DNA of 63,551 nt, the filler included, from Octopus bimaculoides (lineage: Eukaryota): assembly GCF_001194135.2 (NCBI RefSeq). It is 4 parts of 4 records of this genome, joined end to end, with 100 filler letters (N's around TTAATTAATTAA, not from the genome) between each part and the next. Parts side by side here need not be neighbours in the genome. Positions count along the whole stretch, not along the records: positions 1 to 26,977 come from NC_068982.1; 3 more parts are not named here. One strand, written 5' to 3'. Positions 12,600 to 24,640 of the stretch are shown here, one piece after another; position 1 is the stretch's first letter; every line of letters begins with the position of its first letter. The translations under genes and the position numbers were made by a program. The notes beneath the pieces were generated by a model. It was given only the letters and a program-made list of their open reading frames with translations. It made no database searches and had not been told where the DNA came from.

Positions 12600-13328
12600 A
12601 TAAGGGCTACTACTGCTACTACTACCACGAACATCAACATAACCAGTTCGTTATGCAACCACCGCCAATAACAACACAATCACCATCTTCAACAAAAACG
12701 CCATCACTGACGCACAATGCAATGACACCAGGATTCTTCTTGAGATACAAATGTCTAACAGCATCATCATCATCATCATCAACAGCATCATTAGCATCAA
12801 TGAAGTGAACAATACCAGTGGAAAGAAAACATGGGAACGATGGCGATGTTTATGATGATGATGATGATGATGATGATGGCTATGGTGATGATGATGATGA
12901 TGACGACCACGATGAGGATGATTATGATGATCATCAGCGTTGTCTTCGTTGTTACGGGCACAATCCTCATTATCAACCACCACCACCACCACCATCAACA
13001 CCACCACCACCACCGCCACCACCGCCACCACCGCCACCACTACCACAGCCGCCATGACTGCTGCCTTCCAACACCGCAGACTCACCACCAGTGGGACGCC
13101 GTTACAAAACCTATTCCTACAACCTCTCTCACCAACACCGCCATCGATGCCACTGCTGTCTCCTCTGTCATCGTCCACGCAGTTATCAGCACCATCATCG
13201 TCATCATCATCTTCATTATAATCGTCGTCGTCGTCATCATCACTACCACTACCGCCACCACCACCATTATCCTCATCATCATCATCATCATCACCATCAT
13301 CATAATCGTCGTCGTCAAATTCACCACC

Positions 13329-13385
<57 letters not shown>

Positions 13386-13452
13386 GACATCATCCTCATC
13401 ATCGTCATCATCAATACCCCCAGCGGTCTCAGCAGCAACAGCCTCAGCAGTT
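12600..13452. repeat. Degenerate (CAT/GAT/CAC/GTC)n low-complexity tract
   Basis: Directly visible; source of poly-D/H/M/I pseudo-ORFs. Confidence 0.9.
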
Positions 13453-13768
13453 GAGCTACGATGATAGAAGACTGATCTGTTACAATGTGGGGCTATGGGC
13501 ATGCTATGAAATAAGTAATCGTGTCCCTTTGTTCGAGGAATTTGTGGAGGTGAGAGCAAATATTACAGCAAACTCCCTCTCCTTCTACATAGAAAGCGAT
13601 CAAACTTCCAAAGGCAGGATTTGAAATGTTTGAAACCCAAAATAAATCTGCTACGGATGGCGTTGAGACCGTAGCCCTTGATATAAAAATAGAAGTACCA
13701 TGAGATAGTTGGCGTTCATATGAATCACACTGACCCTTAAATTTCATCCTCATAACTATGGCAACAGA

Positions 13769-13979
13769 ATACTCTTTTACTTGTTTAAGTCATTTGACTG
13801 CGGCCATGCTGGAGCACCGCCTTTAGTCGAGCAAATCGACCCCAGGACTTATTCTTTGGAAGCCTAGTACTTATTCTATCGGATCTCTTTTGCCGAACCG
13901 CTAGGTTACGGGGACGTAAACACACCATCATCGGTTGTCAAGCGATGCTGGGGTTACAAACTCAGACACACAAACACAT

Positions 13980-14028
<49 letters not shown>
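13769..14028 (-). mobile_element. SINE family B, 3' half, ending in its internal (CA)n(TA)n and a gap
   Basis: TACTCTTTTACTTG..CATTTGACTGCGGCCATGCTGGAGCACCGCC.. as in the full copies at 30048 and 33251. Confidence 0.85.
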
Positions 14029-14743
14029 NNNNNNNNNNNNNNNNNNNNNNNNNNNNNNNNNNNNNNNNNNNNNNNNNNNNNNNNNNNNNNNNNNNNNNNN
14101 NNNNNNNNNNNNNNNNNNNNNNNNNNNNNNNNNNNNNNNNNNNNNNNNNNNNNNNNNNNNNNNNNNNNNNNNNNNNNNNNNNNNNNNNNNNNNNNNNNNN
14201 NNNNNNNNNNNNNNNNNNNNNNNNNNNNNNNNNNNNNNNNNNNNNNNNNNNNNNNNNNNNNNNNNNNNNNNNNNNNNNNNNNNNNNNNNNNNNNNNNNNN
14301 NNNNNNNNNNNNNNNNNNNNNNNNNNNNNNNNNNNNNNNNNNNNNNNNNNNNNNNNNNNNNNNNNNNNNNNNNNNNNNNNNNNNNNNNNNNNNNNNNNNN
14401 NNNNNNNNNNNNNNNNNNNNNNNNNNNNNNNNNNNNNNNNNNNNNNNNNNNNNNNNNNNNNNNNNNNNNNNNNNNNNNNNNNNNNNNNNNNNNNNNNNNN
14501 NNNNNNNNNNNNNNNNNNNNNNNNNNNNNNNNNNNNNNNNNNNNNNNNNNNNNNNNNNNNNNNNNNNNNNNNNNNNNNNNNNNNNNNNNNNNNNNNNNNN
14601 NNNNNNNNNNNNNNNNNNNNNNNNNNNNNNNNNNTAGGACTCAGTGGTACAATATTTAATATGGAAGGCCAAAAAGCTACTAAATGGTAAAAAGTTCTCG
14701 CTCAAAAATGTAAATTTGTTGTTTTCATTGCCAATATCGGTAG

Positions 14744-14850
14744 CTGTGGATGAGCGGGATCGAAGTTTACAAGGGTTTATCCGCCAGCTTAAAGTCAACC
14801 AGAATCGCCAGTCAACGTTGTCAGTTTGTTGCCTTGCGCCGATAAAGAGC
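14744..14850 (+). CDS. Weak candidate exon, phase 1 to 0: VDERDRSLQGFIRQLKVNQNRQSTLSVCCLAPIKS
   Basis: AG at 14742-43 after a T-rich stretch, 107 bp open, donor C/GTATGA at 14851. Confidence 0.2.
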
Positions 14851-16054
14851 GTATGAAATTTAGATGTAAGGGGCATTCTGACGATGGTGAGAGAGGGGGG
14901 GAAGTGGGGGAGGGGGATAAAAGGGTGAATAAAAGGCATAGCTAGTTTACGGAATATGAGCATCAATATGCAGCATGGAAATCTGACTGCTTCTGCTCGG
15001 TTCCTCAACTTCAAGGTTCTTTGGAGGGACAGCATTCAGATAAAAATGAACCTAAATAAAGAAAATTAATGTCAATTTGAGGCCAATTCATATTATTTCT
15101 CTTCAGATGTCAAAATTATAGACCGTTGCATTAAATGGTAACCAGAGACTATTAAAAGCAGTTGGTGCGAGTAATTGTCTTATTGAAACAAATTCCCGAT
15201 ATTTTATGGCTTTCGTTAAGAGGCTGAAACAAATAAAATTACTCCGGGCGAGTAAGTACAATTTGATCCACTTTCTTCTCTCTCTCTCTCACACACTCTC
15301 TTTCTCTCTCTCTCTCACACACCCTCTTTCTCTCTGAATCACCTTTTCTCTCTCCCCTTCTCACCCTCTCTCTCTCTTGATAGCAACAATGGTAGGATTA
15401 ACGATTATGTGATTAAATATTCGTGGCCCGGATGCATCTGGAAAATGAGAGCCCCGCTCAACAATATGAGGCCATTTAATTTAAATGAGAGAGATATTAA
15501 CGTGAACTAGCACACCGAAAAGTATCCTATGGCAATTTCCGTGGCTGACTATCAATTGTAGCTTCTCTCATCACCCTATGCTACTATGGAATGGCTGTGT
15601 TATATAGGAAAGGACTGTGATCCGGTGAACATATCGCTGTTCTGGATGTGGATTCCATTTAAGATGTGGAATGCTAATGGCTTCCAACTCATCAACGGCG
15701 TCAGTGAGGATATTCGGGCCTAAACAGGCGACGAAGCTACGATGAATTTCAGCTGCAAATTTTATAAAAGAATTTTGATCTGAGGTAGAATAAGGATTTG
15801 TTTCCAATGAAACTTATTATGGATCTTCACAAAAGACATTAACAGTAGCAACAAGAAATAACAGCGAAAATGAAAATAATAAAATAAACAACAACAAAAA
15901 TATCAGCTTAGGTAAATACTGTAATTCATAACAAATCCACTTCCAAAAGATTTAACCAGGCCTTACTCTGAAAAATGAGGAGCGCTAGAAAAGTTTATGC
16001 ATAATTGGTTGACGGACAATTCGTCGACAGGTATTTGGCGGACAGATAACCTGC

Positions 16055-16205
16055 AGACAGGACAATTGTGTGGTATGGTGCAGAGTCCTGTTACCAGCCA
16101 TAGGGTGTTCCAGCAGCCATCCTCTTGACGCAGGGCAGCACACTCTCCTCCAGGCACTTGATGTAGGCCTCCGTGTTGAGTCTGAGACCGTGGGGAATTG
16201 TGTGT
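16055..16205 (-). mobile_element. Tc1/mariner-superfamily DDE/D transposase fragment (pseudogenised)
   Basis: Minus frame reads IPHGLRLNTEAYIKCLEESVLPCVKRMAAGTPYGW*QDSAPYHT; QD.AP.HT is the second catalytic Asp motif. Confidence 0.85.
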
Positions 16206-16618
16206 TGGCGAATTGCCTGCGTAGGGCATAATTAGTCTAATGACCCAGTAATAAATTGTCATTCTGTTGTCATGAAGGAACAAATAGGTAGAATGTCTGT
16301 AATGCATCGAGGAATAAGGGATGCGAGCTGACTAAATGAAAAACAAAATACATGAAGTTCCACTTAGACAAGATACTGGAATGTATCAAGCTGCGGGGTT
16401 TTCGCTATTTGGGCGAAATGATACGAAACAATGAAAGTAAAATGAATCTTAGAAACAAAAGGTTACAAGATACCTGATTGGTATCTATAAGAACGACGCT
16501 TTACCTATTATCTCTACTATCACTATCAAGGGATTGGTGACGTTGACCTCAAGGGCTGTTTCACTAAAAAAAAACAGCAGTTAAGTGACGATATGCGCTG
16601 TGCTAGTGCATCAGATAA

Positions 16619-18770
16619 CACTGGTCAAAACACGTTTTGCTGACTTCGGTTTTGTGATTGTTTTTTAGTTAATTTTGAGATACTGGTTTCAAATATGGCA
16701 CCCGTTTTTTCCTAACACATCAGGTTTTTATTCTATAGCATACCCCTATTTTTATGATGTACTGTATAAATAATTTACTTGGCCAGGATAGTTTACTAAG
16801 ACGTATAGCTTAAGACAATAAATTATAAATGTCAGTAGAATGTGAAATGTAAGATAGCATCATCTTTTACTAAATACATACTGTTAATTTTCTAATATGG
16901 TGGATAAAACACAAACTATCACACATATACCTACATATTTATGGAACAAATTCTCACTTGCGAGAATATGTGGGAGTATTTCATGTCTACACAGTCTCTT
17001 TGAATATTCCAACAGTAACCTGCTGTCATGTGTGTGTTCCATTAGCTTGATATCTCTCATCCATAATCTAGATTATTTGATGAAAACATTCACCATGCTT
17101 ATCGTTCATATATCTGAGATTGGCAGGAAATTCATAGAGATGGCTATTGAGGAAATGAAGTTTTATGCTCATGTTGCGGCTTAAAAGATGAAAGCTATCA
17201 AGTAATGTGAAAGCTATCAAGTAATGTGATCCACCAAATCCTTGTAGTTTGCAGCCTTTTCACTCCCCGCTGCAAATTCCTTTCACAACAGTCACAAACA
17301 AATCCCATGTTAATTTTTCTATTTCAGCCATCAAACTCGAGAAATTCTGGCATATCGTTAACTTTCTGTTCGTGGCCCTTCAAAAACACCAGCCGTTATT
17401 TTATCATAACTTAGACCAGGAAATGCTGTACATATGAATTTGAAACAGTTACCTTCCACATTAAGAGCTTTGACAAATTACTTCATTAGTCCTAGTTTAA
17501 TATGAAGGGAAGGAAAGTTTGGTGTATGATGTTCTTCTCCTCAACAGTTAAACTTTTCCTAACTGGCCAGAGCTTCTGTTCCAATGTTTGTCTCTCGCTT
17601 GGCTATCCCATAAACACAAGAAACATATATTTTGTACACCCTCCTTATTGGCCAAGTAAAAAGTTGACTATTTTTAGATCCACACGTATGACACATTTGT
17701 GTTCATCATACTTAAGTAAACCTAATACAACTTTTATGTGATCATAATTCTCTTTTAAGTACACTGGCTCACCAATATGAAGCACACCAAACAAGTTTCC
17801 ATTATAGAGCAATACACATTTTAGACTCTTCTTTGAACTATCTATAAACAGTCTCCATTCACAGCATCATGCTGTTCAACATCCATCATCTTTAACACTC
17901 CCGCCACGTCACAACAGTAAACAAAATCTTTTCCTGTTGTAAAGAATGCCAAGAGATCTTTTCATTGTTCTGATAAAAAGTCACGTTTGTTTCTTTCTGC
18001 AACACATTCTTCTCTTTAAGCCTAGAAGCTAACAGTTCTGATGACTCTCTTGACAGTCCTAGGTCTGTAACTAAATCATTAAGTTCTGCTTGGTTGAAGT
18101 TTTTACGTTCTTTCGTTGATGTTTCTACATAGTCTCTATCACTCTCGTCTTCATAATTTATATCTACTTCACATCTATTACTTTCACCTTGCAGTGAAAG
18201 TCGATCTTTGAAAACCGGTACTGGTATTCCCTCTGAGTGAAGCCCTGGATGAATTGTTAAATCCAGATTTGAGTATTTATCTTCTGTCAAAGTCTCTTGC
18301 TATAACAAGAAGTCTTTGTGTGACAAAAGCAGCAATCGTTTACACGGTTCTTTGGCTCCCACCATATCATAGGAATGCCAAATGTTAGTTGTTTCCTTGT
18401 GCCCTTTGTCCATTGGCTTAGACTTTCGACATAGGGTTTACATACATTGTGCGGGCCCACGATTTATCTTTATTACCAACTTTAATCTTTAAGTAAGCCA
18501 AGTAGGCTCGTATCACAATGTCACTAACGTTCATTCTATGACATGGTATAAACAACCACATATATAACAAAAAGAGTCAGAGGTATTGAAGCATTTCAAA
18601 TATAGAGTTACTCGTGGGAACCAATATGGGCCAGCCAATAGAAGAAAAAACTAGACGTGATAGAAAAGATAGTATTGCCGTTTTTAAACCCAGTGACCCT
18701 TAAATTACCCCCAAAACAGGTCTCAGACATAGGTCAGCAGAAAAAAAAAGTTAGAATTTGTTGGCCATCG
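16619..18770 (-). mobile_element. CMC-superfamily (Chapaev3-like) DNA transposon with both termini and a decayed transposase
   Basis: Left end CACTGGTCAAAAC..TTTTGCTGAC..; the right end (18651-18770) is an imperfect inverted repeat of about 110 bp. Minus-strand pieces: HSEGIPVPVF..FNQAELNDLVTDLGLSRESSELLASRLKEKNVL, PLHIKLGLMK*FVKAL..FPGLSYDKITAGVFEGP, DKHGECFHQ. Subfamily name is from memory. Confidence 0.75.
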
Positions 18771-19541
18771 TACTTTTCGCTAGATGAAATTCCACCTACA
18801 AAACTAGCCGGGAACGAGTTCGGATGCTCTGGCACGGATCGAACCAGTTTTATGGACTGTAGATTTTTACCGAATCTAAATAAATATATATGAATATTTA
18901 AACCATAATAAAACAGTCTTTTGAAAATAAATCAAGCAACTTCATATTTTAACAGTAATCCTTCAGATTAATTCTATGAGATTGCGAACGAGAAAATATG
19001 AATCTTATTCACGTAGAAATGTTTGTAAAAGAAGAAGAACCGAGAGAAATTCTTCAGTGTGGAAAATATCTCTACGTTACTACCAGTTGCTTTCAAAGGA
19101 TTATCATTTGTAATCCATTCTTCCTTTAAATTGATTAAATAAACAAATTTATTACATTTTGGGGTAATTGAAAGCCAAAATGTTATTCTCAATAGAGGGA
19201 TANNNNNNNNNNNNNNNNNNNNNNNNNNNNNNNNNNNNNNNNNNNNNNNNNNNNNNNNNNNNNNNNNNNNNNNNNNNNNNNNNNNNNNNNNNNNNNNNNN
19301 NNNNNNNNNNNNNNNNNNNNNNNNNNNNNTTATATATGTACGTATGTATGTATGCATCTATGTATGTGTGTATATATGTATTCGAATTCTTGAATTTGTA
19401 AGTCGAAGAGTTAAAGAAAAATCAATATGGAGCTGTAGAAGTAATGTACTTGTAGACTCCTACATAGCGTTGATTTGTCACACACACAGGCACATCTTTT
19501 TTCGTTCTTTTCACCCTTCCGTTTCCTTTTCTTGAAAGCAG

Positions 19542-19652
19542 TCAGCTGCGGTTAAACTTTGAGAGGGATAAGCTCCGTCAGTAATCAGCGATGAAAATGC
19601 CCGACGTACACCGTATGTCACACCAGAAGTCCTACGACTGCATGAAAGAGAG
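19542..19652 (+). other. Candidate exon with strong splice signals; all three frames have early stops, so UTR or start-codon exon (MKMPDVHRMSHQKSYDCMKE)
   Basis: Long polypyrimidine tract 19497-19533, CAG at 19539-41, donor GAG/GTAAGA at 19653. Confidence 0.25.
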
Positions 19653-19689
19653 GTAAGAGAAGGCGCTGTATACATGCATATATGCATAC

Positions 19690-19706
19690 AGTAAGAGAAA
19701 GAGAGA

Positions 19707-19795
<89 letters not shown>

Positions 19796-19835
19796 CAGGG
19801 AGAAAGACAGAGAGTGAGGAGAGAGAGAGAGAGAA
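19690..19835. repeat. (GA)n microsatellite
   Basis: Directly visible. Confidence 0.95.
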
Positions 19836-21961
19836 TCAAACATTAGCTTTTGAGGGGAGAGAGACAGTCAATTCTACCGACATAGTGCTAAGCTGTTGCT
19901 ATGTTTTATCAACCCCTGTGATATGAAAAGCGAAGTTGACTTGGGTGGGATTCGAACACAGAAAGTAAAGTCCCATTATAAGAAGAATATTTTTTCCCGA
20001 ACACCTAACGATTCTAGTAATCCATCAACCTTTCCCGTTCTCACAATAATCCTTTTTACCGTAGGCAGAAGATCAGAAATTTGGGGTGAGTCGGCTAGTC
20101 GAATACATCGACCCCCCTCTGCTCATCTGGTACTTATTTATTGACCTCGAGTGGCTGAAAGGCAAAACAGAACTCGGCGGAATTTGAACCTCGAAACTAG
20201 AGTCGGAAGAAATGCTGTTGAGCATTTTTATCCGTCGTACTAACGATTCTTCCAAGTCACCGCCTTATAATGATATCATAATTGATATAACACATGACGA
20301 ATGTATAACGAAAAACGAAATGCTTGCTATTTGAACATTACAATTTGAAGTGTATGGATGATCAGCAAATGTTTCAGATACTATGGCACTTGAAACAATT
20401 GAAGGAATTCATGTCCCAGCGGTGTTAGCAAACAAATCCAGTGACTGACTCTTTATTTACTAATCTAAAAGTTTCAGTATTAATATTTTCCTCTTGAATA
20501 TGAAGTTACATAATAAACATCTCTCATTTCTCATTGCAATACATATTTTACTCTTCTGTAGAATCCGATGTAAATATGATTTCCTTTTGGAAACGTCTTT
20601 TGGATTTATCCATCGAATCTACTCAAGTATAAGAAATATCCAATGTAATACTAAATAAATATTGTACTTTCTCTGGAAAATAAAAGAAATCGTATGTTGT
20701 TTTGCAATGGTTGTACGAGACGACAACTTCAAATCTACCAAACTATAATGTTTAAACATACTTGAGTATTAAAAAACATAAAACTGTCTTCTGAAAATAA
20801 TCACAAAGGGACTTCCTATTTTTAAATGTAATACTTAAGATTAAATGTATGAGAATGTGAACCCGATGATGCTAATTCACATTGAAATGTTCGCTCAGAA
20901 ACGACAGATTTAAAATTTTTCAATGAAGTAAACATCGTGATCTTATAAACATTTACTTTCAAAGGTTTATGTTTTCTGATCCAGTTCCTTTAAAATAAAT
21001 AAACAACTTTAATATATTTTCAGATTGCTGAAATTCAGGATGTTATTCTGACAGAGTGAAACAAAAATATATATTGTCTGATTCTGGAACGTATCCAGAA
21101 AGCAGGTAATATTTGTGCATTTTATAATTAATTGAAGATCTAAGGCGAACAGCTGGTAGAATCGTTAGGATGCCGGACAAAATACTTAGCGGCATTTTGT
21201 CCGTTCTTACGCTTCTGTGTTCAAATTTCGCTGAGGTCGATTTTGCCTTTCATCCTTTCGGGGTCGATGAAATAAGAACCTGTTACGTACTGGAGTCGGC
21301 TTAATCGACTTATCCCCTTCTTCGAAATTTCAGGTCTTGAATTATTAATTGAAGATAAGACGGTGAGCAGGCAGAATCATAAATACATTTCGTTCGACTT
21401 TAGGTTCTGTGTTCCAATTTCACCGAGGTCGACTTAGCCTTTCATTATTTCAAGATCGATANNNNNNNNNNNNNNNNNNNNNNNNNNNNNNNNNNNNNNN
21501 NNNNNNNNNNNNNNNNNNNNNNNNNNNNNNNNNNNNNNNNNNNNNNNNNNNNNNNNNNNNNNNNNNNNNNNNNNNNNNNNNNNNNNNNNNNNNNNNNNNN
21601 NNNNNNNNNNNNNNNNNNNNNNNNNNNNNNNNCCCCCATGAACACTGCTGACCTCATGTCAAAATCTGAAACTTCAATATTCCAAAATATAAGATGACGT
21701 GATCGACTATCCCCGCTCCCAACCATATCCAGGCCTTGTGCTTATACTAGAAAGGATTATTCCAAATTATAAAGAAGGTCAGTTGGTAGGATTGTTAGCG
21801 TGGCGGAAGATATGCATTACACATTTTCCTCCGGCTCTGTACGTTCCGGGTTCAAATTTCGCCGAGGTAACATTTGAAATTCATCACTTTAGGCTCAAGA
21901 GAATAGAGCTGAACTCGATGGTATCGACTAACATACTGTCATTAAAAGATTGCTGGCACGG

Positions 21962-23140
21962 CACGCTGCGTTCAACACAAGATTACAGGGTATTACTGAA
22001 TCAACCAGTTCCTGAAGATAAATCGGAATGCCGTGAGCGAAATATCATGAAGGATAGATGGTAAGTATAAGCAGAAGGAAACTGAATTCTTTTTCACTGT
22101 GGTAAAAGTTATTGGAGCAGTAAATATCAGCGTTGTTGATAAAAAGAAACCAAAATGCAGATTTCTAATTTTAGAAGAGAAACATGTCTTTACCTTATGC
22201 TATTTCGAAACTTTTCATTCTATTCTGTTTGTGAATTTACTCAATTCTTTTAGGATAAATATTCTTGCATAAATTTTTCCCATGTCTAAGATCTCCACAT
22301 GTATAAATACCTAACGTTTCTCACTAATCATTATCTGCACTGCCATTATTTCTTGTGAAACGTTAAAATATAACAGCTGGTTATCTCTTACCTCTGCAAC
22401 AAATTAGAAAATCAAACGTCAAATAAAATTCATTAAAAATGTAGCAAAGTACAGGATCACATGAAAATTAGAGGGACCGAGTGAAAAGAAATTTTATTGG
22501 TAAATATTCGTTTGAAATACAAATATTTAGAGCTTAATGGAATAAAACTAGAGCGAGTTGGAAAAAATATGACGAAAGCTGAGCGTAGATTGGTGTGCAG
22601 CATTAATGAAGCCGGTGTAGAATCAGCTTGGTTTTTTTATTGTTTTTATTGAATACTGTAACAAGTTTGACTTTCTAATTTGTTCCACCAAAGAGCTAAG
22701 AGATAACCAGCTGTTATATTTTAACGTTTCACGAGAAATAATGGCAGTATAGATAATGATTAGTGAGAAAATTTGGGTGTTTATACATGTGGAGAAGTTA
22801 GACATGGCAAAAAATTAAAACAAAAATATGCAAGAATATCCATCTTTGATAAAAGAATTGAACAAGTTCACAAACAGAATGGAATGTTAAGTTTCGAGAT
22901 AGCATTAGGTAAAGCCATATTCCTATTGCAAAATCTAGAATTTGCAATTCGGTTTGTATTTATCACCAACGCAGATACTTACTGCTTCAATAACATTTAT
23001 CACAGTGAAAAACAATTTAGTTCCCTCCTGCAGATACTTACCATCCATCCGTCATGATATTTCGCTCACTGCATTCCGATTTATTTCCAAGAACTGGTTG
23101 ATTCAGTAACACCCTCTAATCTTGTGTTGAACGCAGCGTG
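21962..23140. mobile_element. Foldback / long-TIR element: arms of about 470-500 bp, spacer of about 200 bp
   Basis: CACGCTGCGTTCAACACAAGATTA at 21962 is inverted at 23117-23140; the inverted similarity continues from 21962-22437 to about 22640-23140. Confidence 0.85.
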
Positions 23141-24640
23141 AAGTGTCGAACGACGAGAAAAAGAAATGCTAATCTAATTTCATATACTTATCTCTCTAAA
23201 TTCTGTTATATTTTCGATTGAATATATATATATATANNNNNNNNNNNNNNNNNNNNNNNNNNNNNNNNNNNNNNNNNNNNNNNNNNNNNNNNNNNNNNNN
23301 NNNNNNNNNNNNNNNNNNNNNNNNNNNNNNNNNNNNNNNNNNNNNNNNNNNNNNNNNNNNNNNNNNNNNNNNNNNNNNNNNNNNNNNNNNNNNNNNNNNN
23401 NNNNNNNNNNNNNNNNNNNNNNNNNNNNNNNNNNNNNNNNNNNNNNNNNNNNNNNNNNNNNNNNNNNNNNNNNNNNNNNNNNNNNNNNNNNNNNNNNNNN
23501 NNNNNNNNNNNNNNNNNNNNNNNNNNNNNNNNNNNNNNNNNNNNNNNNNNNNNNNNNNNNNNNNNNNNNNNNNNNNNNNNNNNNNNNNNNNNNNNNNNNN
23601 NNNNNNNNNNNNNNNNNNNNNNNNNNNNNNNNNNNNNNNNNNNNNNNNNNNNNNNNNNNNNNNNNNNNNNNNNNNNNNNNNNNNNNNNNNNNNNNNNNNN
23701 NNNNNNNNNNNNNNNNNNNNNNNNNNNNNNNNNNNNNNNNNNNNNNNNNNNNNNNNNNNNNNNNNNNNNNNNNNNNNNNNNNNNNNNNNNNNNNNNNNNN
23801 NNNNNNNNNNNNNNNNNNNNNNNNNNNNNNNNNNNNNNNNNNNNNNNNNNNNNNNNNNNNNNNNNNNNNNNNNNNNNNNNNNNNNNNNNNNNNNNNNNNN
23901 NNNNNNNNNNNNNNNNNNNNNNNNNNNNNNNNNNNNNNNNNNNNNNNNNNNNNNNNNNNNNNNNNNNNNNNNNNNNNNNNNNNNNNNNNNNNNNNNNNNN
24001 NNNNNNNNNNNNNNNNNNNNNNNNNNNNNNNNNNNNNNNNNNNNNNNNATATATATATATATAGTGTGTGTGTGTGTGTGTTTCTGCGTCTCTATTTATC
24101 ACATTCTAGTGGTGTTGGTTCGTTTACGCGTCCCCGTAATTAGTGGTTCGGCAAATGGAAGCGATAGAATAACCACCAGACATAAAAAACGACATGAATC
24201 TTGGGTCGATTTGTTCGACTAAAACGATTTACGGCGCTACCTAAGCAAGGTTGCAGTCCAAGAATTAAAACAAAAAACGAAGCTAAAAGTTACCGTGCAT
24301 CTAAATGGCAACGGCCTAAAGGGAGATAACTTTAAATTTTGTTGTAGGTTCGGAGAATATTATGGCGTTGTTGCTTTTGTTCAACTCCAATCAAACATGA
24401 ACAAGCAAAGATATCAACAAACACACTTAAATCAAGGCCATCCCATCTTTGCCATACATTACGGAATCCATACTGTATAATTGCATCGCCCAATATGTCT
24501 CTTCATGTTTTTTTTTTGAGACGTCAAGCTCTCAAAATTTAAGGTAGCCGTGGTTATTTTTTGCAACAGATGGAGTGGAAACGTTATGGCATGTTTGATA
24601 GAAGTTATATATAATATATCATATACTATCAGTATAAGGT

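Noticed and set aside
21989-22060. Apparent 72-bp exon with donor ATG/GTAAGT
   Set aside because: Lies in the foldback arm and is mirrored at about 23035-23115, so it is repeat-derived.
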